NCBI GenBank assembly: GCA_041671225.1
Contig: JBAZBY010000001.1
Span: 238,940 to 302,939 of the forward strand
Direction of reading: 5' to 3'
Length of the DNA: 64,000 nucleotides
Origin: Patescibacteria group bacterium
GTDB taxonomy: Bacteria > Patescibacteriota > Patescibacteriia > JBAZBY01
Shown here: positions 30,056 to 39,519 of the stretch, in pieces
Layout: each line of letters opens with the position of its first letter
Position numbering within the stretch: position 1 is the stretch's first letter
The notes under the pieces: generated by a model
What the model was told of the DNA's origin: nothing
What the model saw: the letters and a program-made list of their open reading frames with translations, nothing else
Database searches by the model: none
Position numbers and translations under genes: made by a program

Positions 30056-31035
30056 TGGTAAAGGAAGGGGTTAAAAAATATCTCAAAGAAAACGGCGGGC
30101 GCATTGCCCAGTCAGCTTTTGATGGATACGCCGGCTCTGGCACAGAGGGTTTAAAAGGCGCACTCGGCAAAGAAGCCGGTCATGCTGGTAATGCTGCGAT
30201 GGGGGGTGCACGTGGTGCTATCCAAAAAAATGTAAGCGACTTCCAACGCGGTTCCGCAGAAAAACCTGGGGCAGAAAGAACGCGAAACATGATGAATCGA
30301 TTGCGACGTGCGCGCATGCTCGCACAAACAGAAGGAGCAAATCGCTCACCAGAAACAAATACCTCTACTGCAACACAAAACACAACGCAAGCTGGTATGT
30401 CAGCGGCTTTTCGCAATAGGCAGGCAGCCGACAGTGAAAATTCAGAGCCAGATCAGGATGAAGACGAAGAAACAGAAAATGAAAACATCAAGCTCGCAGA
30501 AGAAACAGCGCAGCGCACGTATAAGGCAGGCAAGGCGATTGCATCAGGGAATGGGGTCAAGGCCATAGCAACTGCACTGAATGAATCGATTCGTCTAGGA
30601 AACACTCTTCGCAAACGAATACAAGCCGGGAGTCTTTTTGCGATGTTCATTGCACTCCTTTTTTCAGCTGCACTCGATATCATAGATATTGTTGGCCTGG
30701 GACTGAGCGGATTTGTCACTTTTCTCATTAAGGTATTCATTGGCCTTGTGCTCATGATGAGCATGAACGGAACAGGAAGATTCATGCGTAAAGTGGCCCT
30801 ACGCTACGTCCTTATACCAATCATTCTTGAAATGATTCCATTGATAAATGTCTTACCAATTGAAACCTTCGCAACAGCCTGGGCAATGTCCGATTTTGAG
30901 AAACACCGGATGGAAACAAGAGAAAAACTCAAAAAAGTCGAAGAGGCGCAAAAGAAAATTCAATCACTTTATGGTAAAGTCATGAGTGAAGCGGCAAATG
31001 AAGAAAGCGAAGAACAGCTTCCTCAGGCGGCATAA
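30055..31035 (+). CDS. hypothetical membrane protein with a low-complexity Gly/Ala/acidic N-terminal region
   Basis: GTG start overlapping the upstream stop. The N-terminal ~170 aa is disordered-looking (GSGTEGLKGALGKEAG..., DQDEDEETENEN). The C-terminus has 3-4 TM helices. No family recognised. Confidence 0.4.
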   Translation: MVKEGVKKYLKENGGRIAQSAFDGYAGSGTEGLKGALGKEAGHAGNAAMGGARGAIQKNVSDFQRGSAEKPGAERTRNMMNRLRRARMLAQTEGANRSPETNTSTATQNTTQAGMSAAFRNRQAADSENSEPDQDEDEETENENIKLAEETAQRTYKAGKAIASGNGVKAIATALNESIRLGNTLRKRIQAGSLFAMFIALLFSAALDIIDIVGLGLSGFVTFLIKVFIGLVLMMSMNGTGRFMRKVALRYVLIPIILEMIPLINVLPIETFATAWAMSDFEKHRMETREKLKKVEEAQKKIQSLYGKVMSEAANEESEEQLPQAA

Positions 31036-31071
31036 TCCTTCCTTCTATCAATTACCATCCATATTATCCCT

Positions 31072-31950
31072 ATGAATAAGGTCCGCAAAGCAATCATCCC
31101 CGCAGCCGGATACGGCACGCGTTTTCTCCCCGCGACAAAGGCACAACCGAAGGAGATGTTGCCTATTGTTGATAAGCCGATTATTCAATACGTTGTTGAA
31201 GAATGTGTCGCCTCCGGTATTGAAGACATTATTATCGTCGGCGGATGGCACAAGCGTTCTATTGAAGATCACTTTGATGACCCATACGAACTTGAAAAGA
31301 AACTGGAGGAATCCGGAAAAACAAAGGAGCTCAAAATGGTCCGCGACATCGCGCGCATGGCAAACTTTGTCTACGTGCGCCAAAAGGGAGAACACTATGG
31401 CAACGGCGTACCGCTCCTGAATGTGGCGCATCTTGTGGGTGATGAGCCATTCGCGGTGATCTGGGGAGATGAATTTATTCATGCAACTCCTCCACGGCTC
31501 AAACAATGCATCTCCTTCTTCGAAAAGCAAAAAAATATCGGCGGCGTAATCTCCGCTATTCGCGTCAATGATGATGAAGTTTCGCGCTATGGCATTGCCG
31601 AAGGAAAGGAAGTGAAACCTGGACTCATAAAAATAAAGAGCATTATTGAGAAACCGCAGCCACATGAAACACCTTCGCGCCTTGCCGCGCATGGTGCCTA
31701 TGTCTTCACTCCGGAACTCATCGATGAGTTAAAAAAGGTAAAGCCAGGGAAAGGAAACGAAATCTGGCTCGTTGATGCGATTACCGCGCTCGCAAAAAAG
31801 AAAGATGTGTATGCACTGGAAGTAAAAAACGCTACGTATTACGATACAGGTAACAAACTTTCCTTTATCAAAGCAAACATCGCCTTCGGACTTGAACACC
31901 CAGAAACCAAAAAAGGGTTGCGCGAATATCTGAAGGGTCTGAATCTATGA
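31072..31950 (+). CDS. galU: UTP--glucose-1-phosphate uridylyltransferase
   Basis: KAIIPAAGYGTRFLPATKAQPKEMLPIVDKP N-terminal signature and the VYVRQ...GDE core. Confidence 0.85.
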   Translation: MNKVRKAIIPAAGYGTRFLPATKAQPKEMLPIVDKPIIQYVVEECVASGIEDIIIVGGWHKRSIEDHFDDPYELEKKLEESGKTKELKMVRDIARMANFVYVRQKGEHYGNGVPLLNVAHLVGDEPFAVIWGDEFIHATPPRLKQCISFFEKQKNIGGVISAIRVNDDEVSRYGIAEGKEVKPGLIKIKSIIEKPQPHETPSRLAAHGAYVFTPELIDELKKVKPGKGNEIWLVDAITALAKKKDVYALEVKNATYYDTGNKLSFIKANIAFGLEHPETKKGLREYLKGLNL

Positions 31951-33353
31951 ACAGTCGAAAACTTCTCATCATTGGTATCCTCATCGGGATAATCATCATC
32001 CCATTTATTATTTTTGCCGTTGGTGTGCTGCGGAGACCGCCACAGAGCCTTCCGAGCGTGACGCTATCAGTATGGATGGTTGAAGACGAAGAAGAAGCGC
32101 TTGCGCCAATCATGAATGCATATGCGAATGTGCACCGGAATGTGAAGTTTTCTGTAACCGTCCAACGCGCTGAAACATACAGCCAAGAACTCCGCGATGC
32201 GTGGGCAAAGGGTGCCGGACCGGACATCTTCACTATTCCTGCAACATGGGCAGGCCAGTATGAAGACTTTATAACGCCATTACCGGCGGTCATGCGTGTA
32301 CCGTACTATGAAGACCGTAAGTTCCTCTGGAAGACGGATTCAGTCATTGAGTTCCGCAATGATGCCGGGCTCACGGTACGTAATGTGCAAGAACAATTTG
32401 TTGATGCCGTGGCAAAAATGGTTGTGCGGCAGGAAGAAATCTATGGCTTGCCGCTTGCTATGGACACGCTCGTTCTCTATTACAACAGAGACCTCCTCAA
32501 CAGTGCACAGATCCCAACACCTGCGACAACGTGGCAGGGTCTTGTGAGCCAAATTGAACAAACACAGCAACTTTCTGTCATTGACCAAACCGGTGCGCTT
32601 ATCCAAAGCGCCGTAGCGCTGGGCACCGCAGAAAACATCCCAAACGCAACTGATATCCTTGCGCTCCTCATGATGCAAAATGGAACGCTCATGACAGATG
32701 AAACGGAACGCACGATCACCTTCAACAAGACACTCAGCGAGGGCTTCAGCCCAGGAGCAGAAGCATCACGGTTTTATACGGACTTTGCGCGTATCGGAAA
32801 GTCCGCTTTTTCGTGGAATGATGATCAAGCAAATGCGCTTGATGCATTTATTAATGGTAATCTTGTATACTTCATTGGCTATGGCGCACATGCCGCTGAA
32901 ATTGAAAGGCGAGCTGGTACGCTCAACTGGGGTATGAGTGAAATGCTGCACGTACACGATGATGGAACGGACAACTTCCAACAACGACAACGCTTACAAA
33001 TAAATATGCCGAACTACTGGATGTGGTCTGTGGCAAAACAATCAGAAGAACCGGCACTTGCATGGAGCTTCATCCAATATGCAGCAAACGCAGGGCGCGT
33101 TCCTTCCTATCTTGAAAAAACAGGAAAGATCTCCGCACTTCGCACGGTGCTTGAACAACAGGTGAATGACCCGAATCTTTCTATTCTCGCGCGACAAGCA
33201 CTTTCTGCCCGTCACTGGTATTATGGTGAAAACGCCGTACAAACAGAAACACTCCTTAAAGATTTTATTGATAACATTAATAAGGGAATCGACATACAGA
33301 CCGCACTCACCACAACGGCAAAACAAATACAATTGACCTTTGAGCGTCGATGA
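31947..33353 (+). CDS. membrane-anchored extracellular solute-binding protein (ABC transporter SBP family 1-like)
   Basis: N-terminal TM anchor followed by a ~440-aa periplasmic-binding-protein-like domain. Overlaps galU by 4 nt. Confidence 0.55.
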   Translation: MNSRKLLIIGILIGIIIIPFIIFAVGVLRRPPQSLPSVTLSVWMVEDEEEALAPIMNAYANVHRNVKFSVTVQRAETYSQELRDAWAKGAGPDIFTIPATWAGQYEDFITPLPAVMRVPYYEDRKFLWKTDSVIEFRNDAGLTVRNVQEQFVDAVAKMVVRQEEIYGLPLAMDTLVLYYNRDLLNSAQIPTPATTWQGLVSQIEQTQQLSVIDQTGALIQSAVALGTAENIPNATDILALLMMQNGTLMTDETERTITFNKTLSEGFSPGAEASRFYTDFARIGKSAFSWNDDQANALDAFINGNLVYFIGYGAHAAEIERRAGTLNWGMSEMLHVHDDGTDNFQQRQRLQINMPNYWMWSVAKQSEEPALAWSFIQYAANAGRVPSYLEKTGKISALRTVLEQQVNDPNLSILARQALSARHWYYGENAVQTETLLKDFIDNINKGIDIQTALTTTAKQIQLTFERR

Positions 33354-34513
33354 AAAAATATCTACTCATTCTGAGCCTCTTTCTGACACTAGGGATCTTT
33401 GCCCCATCACCTGCCGCTGCGCAGATCCTTCCTGCATGTGACAAAACCATCTACATCGTAGCCCAGGGTGGCTGGGTGCAGGTCACAAAAGGAGCAGAGG
33501 AAATGAATCTCGGGTATTTTACGGGGAAAATCGAACTACCCGCAGTCTACCAACATGTAACGACTCCGGAGCGTTATACTGCGAATCCGCTTTTTTACGA
33601 AACAGAAGCCACAGCAAAAAATCCAAGTGTTACCACAAGCCGTCCATGCGGATTCAATGACTTCGTGCAGCTTTTTGTAAATCTCATTAACTGGGGATTG
33701 TCCATTCTCACGATTGTCGCGCTGTTCTTCTTTATCTGGGGTGGTTTCACGCTCCTGATCTCCGGAGGCAGATCAACGCACATTGAAGAAGGGAAAAAAA
33801 TTCTTGAGGGAACAGTTATTGGTATCCTGGTAGTCCTTACGGCGTACGTTATGGTCAATTTTTATATCTCTGCGCTTATTGGTGATAACACAGCAAGCTT
33901 CCTGGGGACGACGGTCACCAATCCGCTTTCTCCTATTTCATGCGTTAAGACCTTTGAAGAAAAAAACGCGAGAGAAGCCCCGGGAGAAAGTTGTTCATCT
34001 TCAAGCACTTTGGGGTTTGGATGCACAGATGCGGGTAATGATGGACCGGTGCATGAGGCACAGCGCATCTTAAATGAAAAATGCTCAGGCATCTGCGGAA
34101 CAGTGACCGGATGCTACGGCAATGAAACAGCACATTGCGTCCGTATGTTCCAGGCAGCGCAGGGTTTGAACCCAACCGGAAAAATCGACAGTGACACCTG
34201 GATTGCAATTCGCGACGCGAATAAAAAGGATTGCTTCACAGAAAAAACCATAGGGGAACCTCCCCAGCAGCGTACGATAAAAAACTCCTACGACAACCCT
34301 CTTGGGTATCCTGAGTATGAAAATGTATTCCCGCCAAATGTATTGGCCAACAAGCAGTTCGGGGGATGTATGACCGCAACGTCAGGGTATGCCTGTATTC
34401 CGGCACATGGACCAGAAGAATGCCCAACGCAGACATTTTATAGTACCGGCACTCCTGTAACTGTAGAATATGAATATAGTGCCACATCGTGCAGTTGGAT
34501 CCCTGCGCCTTAA
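33350..34513 (+). CDS. secreted protein with a VirB2/TrbC-pilin-like two-helix domain and a C-terminal peptidoglycan-binding (PG_binding_1-like) domain
   Basis: Signal peptide MKKYLLILSLFLTLGIFAPSPAAA. Pilin-like hairpin FVQLFVNLINWGLSILTIVALFFFIWGGFTLLISGG...GTVIGILVVLTAYVMV. Cys-rich region. PG-binding-like HCVRMFQAAQGLNPTGKIDSDTWIAIRDA. Confidence 0.55.
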   Translation: MKKYLLILSLFLTLGIFAPSPAAAQILPACDKTIYIVAQGGWVQVTKGAEEMNLGYFTGKIELPAVYQHVTTPERYTANPLFYETEATAKNPSVTTSRPCGFNDFVQLFVNLINWGLSILTIVALFFFIWGGFTLLISGGRSTHIEEGKKILEGTVIGILVVLTAYVMVNFYISALIGDNTASFLGTTVTNPLSPISCVKTFEEKNAREAPGESCSSSSTLGFGCTDAGNDGPVHEAQRILNEKCSGICGTVTGCYGNETAHCVRMFQAAQGLNPTGKIDSDTWIAIRDANKKDCFTEKTIGEPPQQRTIKNSYDNPLGYPEYENVFPPNVLANKQFGGCMTATSGYACIPAHGPEECPTQTFYSTGTPVTVEYEYSATSCSWIPAP

Positions 34514-34549
34514 CTTCCTTTTTTTGCACTGACCCATTACACTGTCCCT

Positions 34550-34888
34550 ATGAAATACATCATCGTCATGACACTGCTTCTCATCATACCAATAGCTGTT
34601 TTTGCTCAAAGCGCGCCTTCGCCTACTATTCAAAATCCCATTTCATGTAATGACCTGCTCTGTGTTTTTCTGCAGGTTATTCGTCTTTTTCTTGGAGCGC
34701 TAGCTGCTTTTGCAACTTTTATGTTCACTTATGGGGGGTTTCTCTTCCTTTCATCCGGAGGCAACGAAGAGCGCGTTAAAAAAGGTAAAGATACCCTTGC
34801 ATGGGCGGCCATCGGCATGGTTACCGTTCTTGGCAGTTGGGTCGTCATACGCTTCATTCTAGAAAGTACCACAGGCGCACTGATGTAG
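34550..34888 (+). CDS. VirB2/TrbC-family pilin-like protein
   Basis: Signal peptide, then FLQVIRLFLGALAAFATFMFTYGGFLFLSSGGNEERVKKGKDTLAWAAIGMVTVLGSWVVIRFI. This is the two-TM hairpin with a GG turn typical of conjugative/T4SS pilins. Confidence 0.55.
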   Translation: MKYIIVMTLLLIIPIAVFAQSAPSPTIQNPISCNDLLCVFLQVIRLFLGALAAFATFMFTYGGFLFLSSGGNEERVKKGKDTLAWAAIGMVTVLGSWVVIRFILESTTGALM

Positions 34889-35046
34889 TTCGTGGACGTA
34901 TTGCATTCAAAAGGTCGCAGCAATGCGGCTTTTTTGTTATATGGAAAGTGAGTTGACGAAAGAGTAGGAAATCGGTATGCTCAACTGAGGAAGAGGACAT
35001 TTGGGAAATGCCCTTTGTGTCTTAACAAAATTAAGTAAGATATCTT

Positions 35047-35412
35047 ATGAAAAAGCGCAACGTGTTATCCACAGTTGCTCTCGGGGTACTTGCCCTGGCG
35101 CTCGTGCCAACAATGGCATCAGCATCGGCTTTTTCAATTGAAGACATTGGTACTTCAATTGGACTCGGTACGGCTGACCTCAAGGACACCGTGGTCAATA
35201 TCATACAGTGGATTCTCGGAATCCTCGCGCTACTCGCAGTCGTCTTCATTATCTGGGGCGGCTTTAAATGGCTTACCTCGAGTGGTGACGAAACTCGCAT
35301 TGATTCCGCAAAGAAAACCATCTCTGCGGCAGTTATCGGTCTTATCATCATATTGCTCGCATGGGCAATTGTCATCTTCGTTGCCGGCACAACTGCAAAC
35401 GTAACAACGTAG
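35047..35412 (+). CDS. VirB2/TrbC-family pilin-like protein (tandem copy 1)
   Basis: Signal peptide ...PTMASASA. Mature region IQWILGILALLAVVFIIWGGFKWLTSSGDETRIDSAKKTISAAVIGLIIILLAWAIVIFVAG. Confidence 0.55.
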   Translation: MKKRNVLSTVALGVLALALVPTMASASAFSIEDIGTSIGLGTADLKDTVVNIIQWILGILALLAVVFIIWGGFKWLTSSGDETRIDSAKKTISAAVIGLIIILLAWAIVIFVAGTTANVTT

Positions 35413-35450
35413 TCTTGTCGAGCTTTGAACGAAAGGGGGTGAAGGAAATT

Positions 35451-35813
35451 ATGAAGTCACTACAACGAACAGGATTAGTTCTTGGTGTCCTGGCCCTGGC
35501 ACTCGTACCGACAATGGCATCAGCATCGGCATTCTCAATCGAGGATATCGGTACCACCATTGGTCTTGGTACGGCTGACCTCAAGGACACCGTTGTGAAC
35601 ATTATTCAGTGGGTACTCGGTATTCTTGCACTTGTTGCTGTTGTTATGATCATCATTGGTGGATTCCAGTGGATGACCGCGGCTGGTTCTGAAGAGCGCA
35701 TTGAAAAGGCAAAAAAGATTATCTCATCTGCAGTTATTGGTTTGATAATCGTATTGCTCGCATGGGCAATTGTCATCTTTGTTGCTGGTACCACTGCAAA
35801 CGTCACAGTATAG
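35451..35813 (+). CDS. VirB2/TrbC-family pilin-like protein (tandem copy 2)
   Basis: About 85% nucleotide identity to copy 1. RBS AAGGGGGTGAAGGAA. Start at MKSLQRTG. Confidence 0.55.
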   Translation: MKSLQRTGLVLGVLALALVPTMASASAFSIEDIGTTIGLGTADLKDTVVNIIQWVLGILALVAVVMIIIGGFQWMTAAGSEERIEKAKKIISSAVIGLIIVLLAWAIVIFVAGTTANVTV

Positions 35814-35823
35814 TTTCTGTTAC

Positions 35824-35860
35824 ATCTACAAACCCCCCGCATAGCGGGGGGTTTTGTTTT
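35824..35860 (+). terminator. rho-independent terminator
   Basis: AAACCCCCCGC-ATAG-CGGGGGGTTTTGTTTTG. Confidence 0.75.
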
Positions 35861-35893
35861 GAATAAAATACTCCGGTATACTTCCTCGTACAC

Positions 35894-37936
35894 ATGAAGC
35901 AACGTGCTCTACAACTCGAAGCCTGGATTCATTCACTGCCAGATTGGCTGGCGTCCAAAACGCGCATCCTTCTCATCACAATGAGTGTAACAATTTTTGT
36001 GCTGCTCACAGGTGCCGTCATGATGAAATGGATGGCTCTTGACTACCCGGGCCTTGATCTTGCTATCTATAATCAAGTTTTCTGGAACACCGTGCATGGC
36101 GCGCCATTTCATCTCTCTATTCATCCACATCTCTACCTTGGTGACCACATGGAACTCTTCTTGGTACTCCTTGCGCCTTTCTACGCACTCTTTCAACATC
36201 CGATAACATTACTCGTCTTACAAAACATCGCCCTCGCAAGCTCTCTATTCCCCGCATATCTCCTCTTTAAACGACTACTGCCACGCTGGCTTGCTACGCT
36301 ACTCGCGCTTGGCTTTCTTTTGACTCCTTTTCTTTGGAACACAGCACTGTATGAATTCCACGCAGTAAGTTTTGCGCTACCAATTTTGCTTTGGGCGCTC
36401 TTTGCATATGAAACACGACGTTATGTCTGGTTTTTGGTGTTGAGTATGCTCGCAATCACCGTCCGGGAGGATATTGCGCTTATTATCGCTGGCATTGGTA
36501 TTGTTGCGATTATTGAACGGCGCTCAATCCGCTGGTTCTTACCACCAATGCTTCTTGGACTTATTTGGTTCGTGGTTGCCACGCAACTTTCTGGCATTAT
36601 CAATCAATACGGACAATATAAATATCTCGTGTACTACGGGCACCTTGGTGACAGCTTTGGTGCTATTCTTCGCAACGTCTTCACAAACCCCGGGCCGTTC
36701 CTTACGTCACTGTTTGGACCGCAATCGTTGCTTTTTGTTCTTGGTCTTTTTTTGCCTGTATTATACGTCAGTCTTCTGCGGCCAAAATGGCTCATTCCAT
36801 TACTCCCGACATTATTTGCATTTCTGCTTTCAAAGGAAACCGGTGAAATTGTATTGCGTATTCATTATCCGATTGCCATGTTGCCGTTTCTTTTTCTTGC
36901 GCTGCGTGACGTTCTGCGAGCGCTCTTTGATAAGCAGACGCCTGCGGGTCTACTACAAAAACTCCACCCATATCGTGGCCTCATCGTGGTGAGCCTGCTT
37001 GTGACATTTATGTACAGCCTTATTGTGATGTCGCCGGTAGTAGGTCTTGTGCGTGACCTTCCCGCTCAATTACGCAGTGAACGAACGCGTCTTTTTTCCG
37101 TACTGACAAAAAACACACCTGACGGCGGACGCGCAGCGGGGTATTCATTTCTTCCTGTATTGTCATCACATGAAACCGTTGTTGCAATGCATTACGTCTT
37201 TTCTGGCAAGCAACAATTCTCCGCAAAGCCATACGAACCGCCAATCGTCTCGTCAATACTTCTCGACACAAATGACGTGCTCTTCTATCACTCAACAAAT
37301 GATGTTGCGGGTGAAAAATATCAAAACGGCCCTGAACGCATTGCAGCATATGTTGAAAAAAACGATCTGCATGTAGAAAGTGCATATGACGGCGTAGTGC
37401 AATGGACAAAAAGTCCTGAACCAGTCGCCGTGCTAACAGAAAAATACACCGCACTCCCAAAAACAGCAAAAACTGTCCAAGATACGAGTACGGCAACAGG
37501 AATACAGCTCCGCGGTTGGGAAACGCCTTCGGGTTCACTCGTCAGTGAAACACACAACATTCACGAAGAAGTGTTCCATACGCTGCCGCTAACCCTATAC
37601 TGGGAACGGACGGGCGAGGTAAGTGAACAACGTTTCTTTACACTCCAACTCAAAGATGATTCCCGCATTCTCTTGGAACAGCGCTATACCATTGCATACG
37701 GCCTTGAGCCACCCTACACCTGGGAAAAAAGTTCTATCATGGGAACGCGGTGGGTATTTCTGTTACCAAAAACACTCCCAGCAGGGGCAACAATAACAAT
37801 CATTGCAGAAAAACTCGAGAGTGACCTCACGCTCTCTAGTACAAATGGTATTGAAGCATTCATAAAAAACCGAGAAACAAACGCCCCCATCGAACTCGGT
37901 ACACTTCAGATCCCCCCGGCTGCATCCACGGAATAA
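35894..37936 (+). CDS. large polytopic membrane protein (DUF2079-like)
   Basis: 680 aa. The N-terminal ~400 aa has >10 TM helices (YNQVFWNTVHGAPFHLSIHPHLYLGDHMELF ...). The C-terminal ~250 aa is an extracytoplasmic domain. Converges on and overlaps the opposite-strand gene by 31 nt. Confidence 0.5.
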   Translation: MKQRALQLEAWIHSLPDWLASKTRILLITMSVTIFVLLTGAVMMKWMALDYPGLDLAIYNQVFWNTVHGAPFHLSIHPHLYLGDHMELFLVLLAPFYALFQHPITLLVLQNIALASSLFPAYLLFKRLLPRWLATLLALGFLLTPFLWNTALYEFHAVSFALPILLWALFAYETRRYVWFLVLSMLAITVREDIALIIAGIGIVAIIERRSIRWFLPPMLLGLIWFVVATQLSGIINQYGQYKYLVYYGHLGDSFGAILRNVFTNPGPFLTSLFGPQSLLFVLGLFLPVLYVSLLRPKWLIPLLPTLFAFLLSKETGEIVLRIHYPIAMLPFLFLALRDVLRALFDKQTPAGLLQKLHPYRGLIVVSLLVTFMYSLIVMSPVVGLVRDLPAQLRSERTRLFSVLTKNTPDGGRAAGYSFLPVLSSHETVVAMHYVFSGKQQFSAKPYEPPIVSSILLDTNDVLFYHSTNDVAGEKYQNGPERIAAYVEKNDLHVESAYDGVVQWTKSPEPVAVLTEKYTALPKTAKTVQDTSTATGIQLRGWETPSGSLVSETHNIHEEVFHTLPLTLYWERTGEVSEQRFFTLQLKDDSRILLEQRYTIAYGLEPPYTWEKSSIMGTRWVFLLPKTLPAGATITIIAEKLESDLTLSSTNGIEAFIKNRETNAPIELGTLQIPPAASTE

Positions 37937-39519
37937 ATCCGTGCCGCTGCATTTGCAAAGACCTCAGTAACGCCTGGGGTTGTTTCTGGTATATGTGCGT
38001 AAGAAAACTCCTCAACGCGAAGAATAATCCATTGAATATCTTCCTGTGCAAGAAATGCCGCGCGTATTTCTGGAGTATCTTCATCAAAGAAACGTTTCAC
38101 GCGTACCACCTTCGTATCAAACGAAAGCGTCTCAACCGTATGCCCAATAAACGCGTGGCGACCCGTTTGTGCTGCGACAAAATTACCAGTGAGCGTCCCC
38201 GAAAGGAAACGATCCGTTGGTTCGCTCATATCTCTAAATGCCTCATACGCATCCCTCTCAGTAATGGGTCGATAAAAAATCTGCTCATAATTTGTGCGAC
38301 CGATAATGAGTGAGAGATCCTGTCCAAGCACATACAGCGGGGAGAGACAAAAGAGGATCAGGCCGGCAACCCCCCATGAAATAAAAAGTGTACGCGGGCT
38401 GCGGTTTGGATTGCGTTTTTTCCACCAATCAACGAGCACAATAATTCCTGCAGTTGCAAGCATCGCAAGAGGAATAACAAGACCTTGCGATAGCCTACGA
38501 TTAAAAAAAAGTGGCGCAAACAAGACAGCCATGTGCCCTGCTGCCCACCAAACAATGAACCGATAGCGAAAAGAACGCCGCAACCAATATGCGGCGCCGA
38601 TCACTGCAAGTGGCAAAAGAAGGCCATAACTAAGAAGCGTAGGAATGACAGGGGGAATGAGATTGATATTTTGATCGGCACGCAGTTGGCTGAAGGTATC
38701 GGTAAGGGTTGCGATAATATGATAAGCCGCTGCAGGAGCTGCAATGATAAGTGGCAGCGCTAAAAGGAACAAACGGCGAATGGAAAGTCTCCGCAAGAAA
38801 AACTCTCCCGCAAGAGTCACGATCAAAATAAGACCGAGGGTCGGCACATGAAACGGATGAAACGCAAAAAGAAAAAAAAGGATCACGCCTGAAAAAATTG
38901 AATCCCGCCAGAAACCGCGCTCACATGCGCGAATCATCAGCCATAATGCACCGACAAGAAGACCAGTGCCGATAATGAAGTGTGGGGAATGTAGAATTGA
39001 AAAAAAAGTGAACGCCTCAGAAACCCAAAGATCCATGGGCCTGGTGTAGGGATCAATAAACGCGCTTGGCGCAAAAAGAATGGCAAATGCCCCAACGCCC
39101 GCGCCAAAAACAAGAAGCAGTGTTGCGATACGCTGCCCAACATATTCCTTGAAAAAGTACTGAGCAAACTTCCAAAGTAAAAATACCAATGCCGCACCAC
39201 TCAGTAAACGAAGGATATGAAAGGTCCAAGCCACAGAAAGCTGCAATACGCCGCCAATACGCCCAAGAAACACCCAGAGCGGATTGACGATAATTGCATC
39301 GGTTGTTTCTGTGGTAAAAACATCGCGAAAAAGAAAAGCACCATCATGTGCTTGATTCAAATATCCGTAATACACGTTTATGTCGCCGACCGCAAAGGAA
39401 TGAATGCCGGTAAAATATTCATCGTTTTCCGCCCGCAGCATACCACCAACAAAGGGTGCACTCGCATAGGCCACCACCACAACAAGCAACATAATCAAAA
39501 ACATGCGTTGCGACATCAT
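37906..39519 (-). CDS. GT-C-fold-like polytopic membrane protein (putative glycosyltransferase)
   Basis: 537 aa with ~12 TM helices. N-terminal periplasmic loop with ENDEY. C-terminal soluble domain. Last gene of a four-gene overlapping operon. Confidence 0.45.
   Translation of the reverse strand: MMSQRMFLIMLLVVVVAYASAPFVGGMLRAENDEYFTGIHSFAVGDINVYYGYLNQAHDGAFLFRDVFTTETTDAIIVNPLWVFLGRIGGVLQLSVAWTFHILRLLSGAALVFLLWKFAQYFFKEYVGQRIATLLLVFGAGVGAFAILFAPSAFIDPYTRPMDLWVSEAFTFFSILHSPHFIIGTGLLVGALWLMIRACERGFWRDSIFSGVILFFLFAFHPFHVPTLGLILIVTLAGEFFLRRLSIRRLFLLALPLIIAAPAAAYHIIATLTDTFSQLRADQNINLIPPVIPTLLSYGLLLPLAVIGAAYWLRRSFRYRFIVWWAAGHMAVLFAPLFFNRRLSQGLVIPLAMLATAGIIVLVDWWKKRNPNRSPRTLFISWGVAGLILFCLSPLYVLGQDLSLIIGRTNYEQIFYRPITERDAYEAFRDMSEPTDRFLSGTLTGNFVAAQTGRHAFIGHTVETLSFDTKVVRVKRFFDEDTPEIRAAFLAQEDIQWIILRVEEFSYAHIPETTPGVTEVFANAAARIYSVDAAGGI

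Larger units (their letters stand above)
35047..35813 (+). repeat. tandem direct duplication of a pilin-like gene (~365-bp unit x2)
   Basis: Blocks such as CCAACAATGGCATCAGCATCGGC / CCGACAATGGCATCAGCATCGGC and the 3' TTGCTCGCATGGGCAATTGTCATCTT are near-identical in both copies. Confidence 0.7.

Noticed and set aside
34889-34935. Possible terminator after the first pilin-like gene (…GCAGCAATGCGGCTTTTTTG)
   Set aside because: A U-run is present but the preceding sequence forms only a ~3-bp stem. It is not convincing as an intrinsic terminator.
35047-35813. Tandem ~365-bp direct repeats, considered as a possible CRISPR-like or minisatellite array
   Set aside because: There are only two units. 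Each is a complete signal-peptide-bearing ORF with its own start and stop. This is a gene duplication, not a repeat-spacer array. No CRISPR repeats or cas genes appear anywhere in the window.
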